A DNA stretch of 61,560 nt, counting the filler, from Choristocarpus tenellus KU-1152 (Eukaryota > Protista > Phaeophyceae): NCBI GenBank assembly GCA_964200185.2. It is 5 parts of 5 records of this genome, joined end to end, with 100 filler letters (N's around TTAATTAATTAA, not from the genome) between each part and the next. Parts side by side here need not be neighbours in the genome. Positions count along the whole stretch, not along the records: positions 1 to 30,514 come from CAXNAD020000090.1; 4 more parts are not named here. One strand, 5' to 3'. Position numbers and translations under genes: made by a program. The notes beneath the pieces are model-generated. The model was not told the origin of the DNA. It saw only the letters and a program-made list of their open reading frames with translations, and did no database searches. Position 1 is the first letter of the stretch. Each line of letters starts with the position of its first letter. Shown here piece by piece: positions 15,401-27,400 of the stretch.

Positions 15401-18400
15401 TGTCTACCTGATACTTTCATAAATAGGGGCCATGGACTTGATAAATGCTCAATCATTCGTTCATTTGTTCGTTGCAAACAATCCACAACAACCAAGAACC
15501 CTTGATGGCAGCATCCTATATAGTATACTGATAGTATACTACTCTGTCGAGCACAGAGCCTTAAAACCAATATTCAAAAAGCTTATTGCAAAATCCAATG
15601 TTCTGAACCAAATACATGATGAGTCCGTAACTCAGCAATAAAAATAAATTGCACTTCAGACCTGATTCTCACACCTATCACAGAAGGCATCACAGGAACA
15701 CTTTTCACGCATGTATCAATACTATGAGCCTTTGATGACAAGCCCCATGCCATGGTTGTATCAAGCTCCCTCAATTCTTCCCTCTTCACTACTGCATCAT
15801 ATACATGCATGCCAACATGGCAAAACCATTAAGTGCCCATACAAAGCAACCGTGAGTGTGAGTGTGAGTCTGTCAGATAAGCCACCTAAAACCTGGCTTA
15901 TAGAAGGACTCACCTTCCCCCTCCCACCCCCAAAAACCAAGTGTGTTACAGGCCGTACAAACCTGTTTGCTGTAGCAAAGGGCTGCCGCCCTAGAAACCT
16001 CAGCAGTGCCACTCCAAACCCGCTGCCTGTCTGCATTCAGCTCTTCCCCCAGACCCAAACCAAATGCACCTGTGGAGGTGATGCCTTCATCTTCACCTGG
16101 TGGATCTACCACCTAGATACCGTAATTGGATCACATAAGAAGGATAAGTGTTAGCCCTCTTTCAGAGAGGAAAGTAGATATCGATAACATTTGTGACTCC
16201 ATGCATGTGTTGTCAAGTTAATCTTCATATTTTTAACTTCATATCACCATTATTTGTTGTGCATGATAGCATTGTATACCTTGGCAACACCAAGATTAGT
16301 AATTTCCAACATACATCAAGAATATTAAGACAAGAAAATAACTGAATGGGTGAGTGAGCAAGTCAAATGTTACCACTTCAGCTCTACTATAGTGATCCTA
16401 CTCTAACTACACAATGGCAATGTAGTGTGAATTACAGTCCAATTTGACATGCCTTACTAGCTCATAAGATTGAAATTGTGAAAGTGTGTGGCCACTGCAT
16501 AGGAATTAAAATGGTAAACAATATGAGTTTTGACATTTGGTAACATCATAGCAACGCTGAATGTATCACCTTACCACCTTACCACTTTACCACTAACTAT
16601 ATGAAAAAAAAATCAACTGAAACAATAGAGGTAAGGGATGTCCTTATACCTGGAAAGCTGGATTAGACTGCTGTGTTGATGCGCCACTGGAGAGACCTGC
16701 TTCCCTTGGATATGGCACAATGTCAGCACCCTCCCCATCGCCTTCCCATAGATAGTCAGGCTCCTCCAGGGTGATTAGGTAATCCATCTTGTCTTCCTTT
16801 GGCACCTTTTGATACATTGATACATTGATACATTGATACATGGATATGGATACATGGATACATTGATCGTTCAGTAAATTGGCACTATGAGTCTGTCTGC
16901 AAGTCTCATCATGGCACCAAGAGACAAAACACAATATCATCCACAGACCAAGAAAAAGGTAACCACAGAGACAGAGGGATGGAGAAATGAGGCACCTGTG
17001 CATGCAAGGAGATATTTTGCTGTGCCGTAGTTTCCCACTATTAGTCTAAAGTTCCACTCTTAATAGGCATACAAAGGGAATGGCACAATAAGCTGGTTAG
17101 TTAAAACTGATACTTTCTCAGGAACAATAAAGGTAATATTTTGCTATAGTGCCAACACTCAAAGTCCTAGTTTGTGCCCATCTTGCTTCAAGTACTGGGC
17201 AGATATTGTATTGCTATGATGCAGATGATATTACTAGCCCTCACCATGTAAAGGCGATCACCATCACGCCTTTGAGCCCAGACGACCTCTACATCTCCTT
17301 CCAGACTCTCACCCGCCTCCAACTTCTGCATAAGTTGAGGCAGGATCTGCTGCATCAAAATGTTGTCTTTGTTGAATCCGGCTGCAGCCCCTTGAGACAT
17401 CCAACCAGGTGGCAGCAATGAGATGATGTCACCTTTAAAATAAATGCCCTTCAGCCAATCCCCATCCTCCTTGATAGCATACATGTCATGGTTAAGCAAC
17501 AGCCTGTGTACCTGGAGGAAATAAACAAAGTGGGGAGGTTCAACACCATGTTTCAACTGCCGGGTTTGTTCTGTTCCCAACCTCTCCTTCATGATCTTCT
17601 TGCATGATCCACCTTTCACATAAACACACCCAGTCCCAGCAACAAAAAAGCCATCAACATTAAAGCTACATAAAACAAGCCAGCACAGTTGTTGAAACCC
17701 TTTCTCACCTCATTTGTCTCCGCGCTAGGCCCTTCTCGTAAGCAGACCACATCAGCATCCCTTGGGTTCACAACAAATATCCTAGGGTACCCCTTTCCCC
17801 CTCTATTTTGCACCCCTGGCCCTTTAACTCTAGGAGATGGTGAGGCCATTGTCCAGAACACATCATCAGGAGACCCCCTATTTGATCCCTGGTAATCCTG
17901 AAGTGGAGTGACCCGCAGGTTGCTCTTTCTCCTTGCCTTACCCCCCATTCCCTCCCTCCCCCTGTCAAGCATTTCAGGGTGACTTTTTGCTGGAGTGGAA
18001 GGTGATGCAAGACTGGTCCTCAGAATGTTTCTGATGTTTTGCATTGAGGCATCTTCTTGTGGTGCTGGCTCTTCTTCAAAACGTTCCAGACCCACAGCCT
18101 TAGGCTTTTGGAGTAATATGTAAGGGAGAGGTATGAGTTGTGAAGTAGGTGGTAGAAGCAACAGGTTCAAGTTCTTCAATTCTTCAATAGTGGTGACTCT
18201 GTGATTATACAACTTTAACCAGGCAAGCACCACTAAACAAGGCACCCAATACAGTCCAATGTTTGACGCTGTAAACAATGCGCTATACAACAAAAAGAAG
18301 GTTAACCTCAAAACAAGGTGATGCGGCTTTGTTGCTGAGGATCAAGGAGTAAACTTCAAGGAGTGAACTGGCTAAACCCAATGCACAATAAGCGAAGATA

Positions 18401-21400
18401 CAAATGGAGGTAGTGCAATCAGTGGAGGAGCAACAGACAGATAGGTAGGATGATAAGTAGTAAGCAAGGAGACAAGTCAGTCAAAGTAAACGAGAAGTAG
18501 GTAACCAGGTTTTGGACATTTTGGACATTTTGCATTTTAAGCCATATTTTCAATATTTTGGAACTCAACTTGATTTCTGTGAATAAAATACGAAGGTTGA
18601 GTTGAGAATTGAAGGTTCTGGAAATAGTAAACATTGCACAGCATTCTCACCACACCTGCATATTAGGGCAGTCCCACCCAAAGCGCATTAAGGCTGAAAG
18701 CTTGCTGTCCAGAAGAGGAGGTGGGAGGGAAACTGGGTTAATCTTGTCCATGACTGCCTTCACAGTCATCTTCCAACCCCAGTCATTCACCTGAAAGTCA
18801 AACGAAGAACAGGGACCTTCATTGAGAATTAACTACTCACACCATTTCACTCACACCATTTCATGCTTTAAAATGCTGCAGGCAGTGTGTGCTTGCCTAT
18901 GAGCCAAGATCAAATTACTCGTATCTCCTGGCATGATCCTCTTCTTGCATAGGTGTTGTGATCAGTTCATCTCTACTCTTGAAGCGCTACCCTACTACTA
19001 CAAGGTACAAATTTTTAGTACATCCCACAATAGTCACTCATACATCAGCCCTGATCCTCCAATTCAAATCTACATTGTTTCAATCGACCTGCTAATATCA
19101 AACCATTTCAATTGATACTACCAGTGCTGAGGCCGTACTCTAAGTTGACCCTGAGAAACTTCTTGATCGTTTTCAACTTGCAAGATGGTGTCGTTTTAAC
19201 AACTTTGAACTGACTTGGGTCCCAATTGTACACAACTCACAGTGGCATCCGTAACCCAGCAAAGGTAGAACTTCCCAGCTGGAATCTCCAGTGGTGGTCG
19301 ACCCTTAATACCTGGCCAGTTGCAGCTACTCCCATCCTTACCACCAGAATATTTAGCCTCTCCCCAGTAGGTGGTGCAACTGTCATCTCGATAAAGCACC
19401 AAATAGTCACATGACGCCTCCGTCCTGGAAGTTAAAATAAATTACAGCAAAAGAGTTCAACCACGGAGTCAGCTATGCCGGGGTTGAGCAAGAAGTATAT
19501 CACAGTTGAGAAATGGGCAATACCCCAACCTAAAAGAAGTGCTTCCACAGTCCTAAATTTGAGGCTGATGCACACATTTGCCCTAGAATTAAGTGCCAGT
19601 TCCTCTCATTAGCTTGCCTAAGACAGCAGAGATTGTACACCTACAATCCTACAATCACAATGTCAACAAAAGGGTTTGCACAACATACAACATACAACAT
19701 ACCTCCACAAAGGACAAAAACAAGAGTATGCAGGGAAGGAGTGGAAGCTAGTTGGAGAAACCACAGAACACTACGCCATTCTTATCGCAAAACAATACCA
19801 ACTACATTCACACGTATCCCAAACCAATCGAAAAATAAACCCAGCAATATCTTGTCTATATGTGTATACATGTTTCAAAATGTGGACTCACCTTGTCTTA
19901 GGATCAAATGATATTAACAGCTTCCTTGCCCCCTTAATGCGCACCCATTCACAGCGATTAGCGTTATCATGATATGGATGGTTTGACTCCAGTGATAGCT
20001 TCAAGGAGGTGCCAGAGAAAGGATTCTTCCCTAACAAGTATATGTACGGACAACAAATATACAAGCGGGCAGAGTGGAGGGATAGGGTCAATAGGCACCA
20101 AAGTAGATCAGCCTAAACAGGGCGTAACTAAAACCAATTGAACTCTCTCAAATTTGGATGTCTTGTCATAGAAATTAGGTGGGCCTATGGCAAGAGTTAA
20201 CTGTGTGAGGGGTCCTATGGCAGTAATATGTACATGCCATGCCTATTCCATACCTTCACTTCCTAATTATATCATACTCTCACAATCACCCTACAGAACG
20301 TCACCCTTGGAGTTTCAACTCCACTTCAACAATTACATGCAATATATGCACATGCCTACATTCCAAGGTTTTGATTGAACTAGAGGACACTTTCTAAAGA
20401 CCTTGTTCTGCGTTTGACAGTATGAAACATCTTCTGGAGTGTGCAAGCAATGTCATCAACCACAGCTCTCCAATCCTGTTTCCCCCTACAATCCACAGCT
20501 CGTCTTTCCCCACATACACACTTTACACTTCCTAGCTACTGTACTCATCCTCTAGCTGACATTTCTCAAAGGAAGTGACAACTTACTATTATCGTGTCTA
20601 GCATCTCTCAGTGCACAGGTTGCCAGTGGTTTGATGAGTTTGGATGCACTAAGGACGAAGTCTGGCCAGACCTTAACCATGGAGAGGAGTGCCTGTAAGG
20701 TCAACAAAAGTTTTTAAAAGTATCAGTTGACAGAAGTGGAGCAAGATATCAGCTATATAATATATAATATACAATAGAAATGTCATTGCTTAATGTACCC
20801 AAATAAGTGGCAAACACCTCCTTGAGAACCTTGAATACTTCAACAAAGATTTTACCTCACACCTCAATTTTGTGGCATGTAGGCAATCAGTTGAATTGCT
20901 TCATACCTTTGCCCCACATGCCTTGAGGGTTGCCAAGCATGACACTGAAAGGAGGGGTTCCCTGCCTCAGGAGCAACCATTTCCAATCCCAGCGTGTTTA
21001 TTTTTCCAAGGAGGGGCAACATAGTAGAGATAGCATAAAAGGTCAAATTAGAGATAGGATAAAAAAGTACATGGGGGAAAGTAAGCAAATCAGTAAATCA
21101 GGAAGGAAAAAATAATGTCCCAGGCCTTGAAAGCACCCTTGTACACATTTTCAATGTGTTGTACATGTGACAACAAAAGATAACAAATCATTAAAGCTAG
21201 ACCAAACTTGTCCTGGAGATCCAGGAAAAGGGAGAATGGACTTCAGTAGTGGAAATGATTGTGGTAGTCCAGCAAGGCATACTCGGAAAGAAATCAAAAC
21301 CAACGTCACCAAAAATATTGCAGTGTCGTGCACATCTCAACCCCAAGTTTACATGTAATGAGTGTATGGAATGTCTTGAATGCATCATCACCTCTCAGCA

Positions 21401-24400
21401 GGGTGCTTGACAGTCACACAAATGGCACTGGCTTTAAGTCTGAATCCCCAGTCTGGCTGTGACCACTCCGTGTGGAAATGAACAATGCACTTGGACGTTG
21501 GAATTATTAGTTTTGGACGCCCACGCACACCAGGCCCTGTGCACATCACAATGAAAACATTAGAAAAATTCACGGAATAGATCAGAAAATTCATCTCACA
21601 CGATGAGTGGGAATGCAACAAGCATCATCAATGGACGCCTCTATGGTATCAAGTGTTAACCTTGAAGTCTCTCACTAATGCTGCACCACAAACATACACC
21701 ATGTACTCATCACTTCCAATACATTGTGCGGATTATTCAGTGGTATTATTTGCACTTCATCTCACAGTTCTCATCATGGTCTCGTCCATGGTACTTGCTC
21801 TCTCCCCAGGCCTCCAAGTGGCTTTCGTCCTTGAGGATGCGAACATAGTCCTCCCCATTACAAGTACGGCAGGATTCATCAAATTCAATCTACAACCCAC
21901 AAACAACAAACAGGAAGTGATTAGCATATTATCACAACCAAATATCCTTGAGTATGTGTATAGGAGTATGTGAATAGGGGTATGTGTAAGGCGTCCATGT
22001 CTCTCATGTGTTTATGTACCTTCCCACTCTCCAGTACTCTCCCTTATCATATACAATAATACCTTATACAATACCTGCATTGTCAAAGTACCCTTATCTT
22101 TGATGGTACAGAAATCAAACAAAATCACACAACGTGAAGGAGCCATGATTGTACATTTCAAAAACAGTTGTATATTTCAAAAATCATGCACTCCACCAAA
22201 AAAGGTTCACTACTATTGGTTGGTACACACCTGTTTTATTTTCTGGGGAGTGGGGAGCGGGGAGTGGGAGGTGGGGGCATAGTTTGGGATCACCACTAGG
22301 TGATCCCTTCATTGAGTAACTTGCTATGTACACAGACAATTAAACTAGTTAGATATAATAATTAGCACAATAAACTAATCCACCTCAATACCCTGTGATC
22401 ATACTTTCTACTATAGATGAACTCATACACTTCCACCATCCAGCTGAGTTGTCCACTAATATTCAATGGACGTCAAAACAAGAAAATAGAGGGTTCCTTA
22501 CCTCCTATGCATTCCAACTGTAATATTCTAAAGTACTACAGTAGGACTATAATACCTGTTATGTAGTATTGAGTCAAGCGCTGCATCAGCATGCCATGTT
22601 CGACATTGAGAAAGAAGTATTGCTGCAAGCTGTACCCGTATCAAACTAATCCAATAACACTACCAAGACCATAATCCAATAACACCAGGGAGAGCACTGC
22701 GGAAATGGTCACCTCAATCTCTTTGGCGCCTGGGAAGTCCAAGGGTGTGTAGTTGTCTTGACGCTGTCGATGGGGATGTTCAGATTCCACCGTCTGCATT
22801 CGATGCTCTTCATGATACAGTGGCTTATGCCTGTAGTATTTTAATCAGATTACGTTACATGACATTGAATATTACATGGTTATTGAACTACCAAATAAAC
22901 CCAATACAAGATTTTCTTGAAACACATATAGTGTCACAAAGATGGGAATGATAATTATAATTGCATGGTTTGTATAAGATGGCTTCCTACACTTAGTGCA
23001 ACACTTTTCATCCTATCCACAGAATCACAGCAAGAACACTCATGAATGTGAATAAATAATATTAATTGCACAAAACTATCCCATCAACATAGTATATATG
23101 AAACTCGACAGATGGACAGTATCATTTGAGATACCACAGTAGTGCAGTAGTGGTAAACTCTTGATACCACCATTAACTATCATCCACCAAACTCATACCC
23201 CAACTGTGTACAAAATGGTCATCCTATCTTCTCATTCTTCAAACCTGCATGCTGATTGGGAAGGAAATACCACCCTGAGGTATAATGGTACCATGTGTTT
23301 TGGTAGTAACACAACAATCTGGATACTCAACTAACTCTTGACATTATTTTCCTCAGACCTTTCAACTTCACAAGATAGGTATCCAACAAGCCAAAGACAT
23401 GTGAAGCGCAACTTAACCCTGTATTCCCCAACATGTGTACTCAATAATCACCTTTTTAATCCTCAGCTGTTACACACTGTATGTCTATCTATATATCTGT
23501 ATGTCTATCTATGTTTATCTATCTATATGTAGTCTTACCCACAAAATAAAAACATAACATCCCCCTTCCTCCTGGTTCACCTGGGTCGTGTGTCCATTGC
23601 ATCGCCAGCAGACAGGGTAGAGAACATCTTCACCAGGCCCTTGACCACCTCACCTGACCCACCGAGCGTCTCCAAGGCCACCGTCCTTTGGTGGTCCTTT
23701 TGCCCAGACATGTCTACTGTCTCCTCCAAACCATTGTTTCGATCACCCTTGGATTCACTTTCTGTACAATTGTATGATTTCTTACTGTCAAAGCACCCCC
23801 TCCTAAGTGCAGACAAAAATTCATTGGGGAGGGAGGGCTCACATGCAGAGACACGTGTTCGAGGAAATGTACGGGGCTTGTCTGGCTCAGAGTCAAGACA
23901 GACCACCACTGCATCGCCCAGGGCCTGGACATCGGCCCAATAGCAGTGGGCAGAGCACACAGGAGGAGTAGACATTACAATTAGATTAATGCCAGAGGAG
24001 ATTTAGAGGGAAAAGGTGCCAGGGCATGAAAAAATAAAATTCTAAAAGTGAACACAGAGAGACAGTGAGATGTAATGCATTCAGAATGTGTGTGCTGGAA
24101 CAGGTGGAGAGGGGGATACTAATAGAATATAAAAATAGTACAATGTAAAAGTTTCTTAAAAAGCAGGGGAAAAGCAAGCCCCAAAAAAACAGATGCGGGA
24201 ATGGATACAAAATCTCAAGTTAAATCTCAAGTTAAATCTCAAGTTAAATCTCAAGTTAAATCTCAAGTTAAATCTCAAGTTAAATCTCAAGTTAAATCTC
24301 AAGTTAAATCTCAAGTTAAATCTCAAGTTAAATCCTCACCGAACAGGCTTCCCAGTCGTTCTGCTCACACTGGCCATCATGACTTGCAGCCTTACAATTC

Positions 24401-27400
24401 CTCTCTATCACAGCATTTAGGTGTGGCTGCGGCCAATCCATGGCTAACACAGTGCCACTGGAGTAGTGGAACATGTATTGGCCCAATGTTCAAACAGTGC
24501 GAGGCAATGATGATGATTTAGAGAGGTTGTGCCGGATGTCCTAAATACATGCACATTCATTGTGAACAGTAAGAACCGTTAAAAATATCTCACAGGTTAC
24601 AGGATTGTAACTGAAGGAGGTAGTCTGCACAGTACAGTCTTCAAAGTAATAAGCCTTGATTCTGAACAATCTGTCACCTCTGCTTCAGAATTTGTGTTGA
24701 GATTTTTTTTTTATACTTGCTTTTAACACTTAAACTACACATAAAACAGTATGATGAAATGCCATGACTATCATCTGCAGCCAAAAACCAAGAGGTTAAC
24801 ATTTACTAGTAGTAAAGCATGTCTGGCTGGGTGGGTCCAAAATATAGTCAATCACAAGTTGTTCCTTACAAGTGACACCGAAGGACTAGTAATAAGCTAA
24901 ACCTCACCTCTCTAGGGTGGTGCAGTCTCCACGACCCACAAGACACTTGGCCCTCCCACCCACATGGAGCCCCTGGCAAAAGCAACAGCATAGTCAGTAT
25001 GAAAGATGAAAGACATGCACCACATCAAATATATTGTCAATCTAGAAGCATTCAGTCACACAAGACTATCCTAAACCAAACTCGACTGGTTACTGAATGG
25101 CATGGTAACTCTTATGTTTCATTCTATACCTTCTACACGTGAGCTACATTAAACTCCGAAGTTTCAAAGTCAACATGTCGGTAAAATAAGTCACTACAAT
25201 GCAAAAGGGTCAAAAAATGTATCCCTTTGCATTTACCAGGAAGCTCCCCCCCAATAGAGCAAGGCATGCATGGACCATCCATAGCCTTTTGTCCTCCAGA
25301 GCCTTCTTGACAACACCACCAGCCTCCGCTTCATTGCCTTCCCAAACAGTACATAAACGTTGGTACAAGTAGCATCATCACATTGGGATGAGACTTGAAA
25401 ATATTTCGCAGCCATTCATGTTGGCAGTGTAGTCTACTACTTGTATGATTGCCAAACCTCTCAGAGTAAAGCACGAGATGTTTTTTGGGTCAAAATATGA
25501 CAACATGTGACAACATGTGACAAGAATGAAAGCATATGTTGTCCTAAACCAGGGCACAAGCAAAGACAACCAAGTTTGAGAAGTCTCGACACAAATACTG
25601 TTTGGTTCACTTATAAACAGCAGGAGAAGTATAACAACTTCAAAAGAACAAAGAAATATACAAGAAAAACATTCAGATGCAGGTTTGCCACACATTGAGT
25701 ACATCGCAATTGTGTATTAATAATACTGACACCCCAGCCAATAGTCCATGAAATTTCACAACCCATTTATGCACAACACATGAGTTTCACCTTTTGCAGC
25801 CTCCACCTTTCCAGCTTCTTCAAGTATTTTGACAACTTGTGTTACATCATGACACGCCTGCATAAGTAGAAAACCATAGGTGAGAATCATAGGACACATA
25901 TTTGAGGGACAAGCCAGACTGCATTGTCACAGCCCCATTAGGGGTCAAGTGGGAAGGTAGGTTGGGATACAATAGAACCCCATTGCGCAACTCTATCTTA
26001 CTTGGGGGAGTGCCCTACAACCTTACCCCATTGTTCACACAATTGTTCACACACACCGAAGCACCCACAACCAACGTCCTGACTTTAACACAAGAAAACT
26101 CTTCTGACATGGTATGACACAAATATGCCTTTCAACTTGATGAAACCCAGAGCCATCATCTACAGCATTACCAATCACATACAGAAATCTTCTTGGTCGC
26201 ATGACACAAACCACTTAACGGAAGTATCTACCAATAGTAAACAAGTACAAAACATAACATCCAGAGAGTTCTTGAAAGGAATCAGAGATATAGGCAAAGA
26301 CAGCAGCATGATTTAAATATAAAATCTCAAGTCTCCATGGAAAGAAAATGCTTGTGTATGCATGTGTTGCACATTATTCACATTAATTCATGTGTTACCT
26401 CCAACATGCAGTCCATCACCAGTCGGCTCCAGAACGGGTTTGTTGCCAGTGATCGCAGCAGTCGCACGTGTGCAAATGCCAAAGACACCATCTCCTCTGC
26501 TGAAGGCTGTGCAGTGCTGTCCGGCTCAGCATGCCTAGACCACACAGAAAGGTCCTTGCCAACAGATAGCATGAGGTTACGCACAAAGGGGGTTTGTTCC
26601 AATGCCGCATGTCCATTGAAACCCTCCTGTACTAATTGCTCCTGTGGAAGGGAGGGAACGCAAGCGCATGTAGCATTGAATACATTAAATAGACACTAAG
26701 GTGTGTACATTCATCATGTGCTGTTAACACATTGCGTACCCTGTTACATGTCTTGTCTGACAAGTGTGCAAAAAAATACCAAAAAAAGGGTTTTATTTTT
26801 ACCAAGTGTATCCCCTGCGCACTTGGTCCTTCATCACTCACCATTCACTGAGCATGCTTTATCTCAGGAATGTGAGAATTTAAGAATACCCATAGACATG
26901 AATGACACCACACCAAGAGCAACTGGTAGGCATGGGGAAAACCTTGGCATTGTTATAGACTTCAGAGCATGATCAGGGCAGAGCATGAGTCATAGAGCAT
27001 GCAGCAAAGATGGTAACATATCATAAAACGTACTCAGCAACATTCTGGTCATACCCCCCTTCAGATACTTCTCAACCTTAGGCAATTCATTGGTATCCAC
27101 CTAAGTACGAGACATTGGAGAATGGGAAGTGGTACACGTACCACAAAAAGTGTAAAACCAGTGCCATCTTTGCAGAAAAGAATTAAAAGAGCACAAATGC
27201 CACAAAATTCTGTTGAGCGCCCATTGGCTGAACCTAACACCTCCCAAGGGTAATGCTAATTTGCATGGTCTATAATCCATTCAGGTATAATCCATTCAGG
27301 TTAAAATGAATTTTAGTTTACTGCAATGGGAATACTTGTGAAATATTGGAATCGTGAGAAGAATAATTCTAGTGAAACCAGCCGACCAATTAGACGATAA

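Noticed and set aside
15520-15810. ORF fragments RELDTTMAWGL and RLCARQ suggesting non-canonical splicing
   Set aside because: ALCYSKQ|ALTLLLAGW joins 15963 to 15098 canonically, so no odd splice sites are needed.
27034-27100. Candidate small exon VDTNELPK
   Set aside because: Not required for frame and its donor is ambiguous; it cannot be supported without transcripts.
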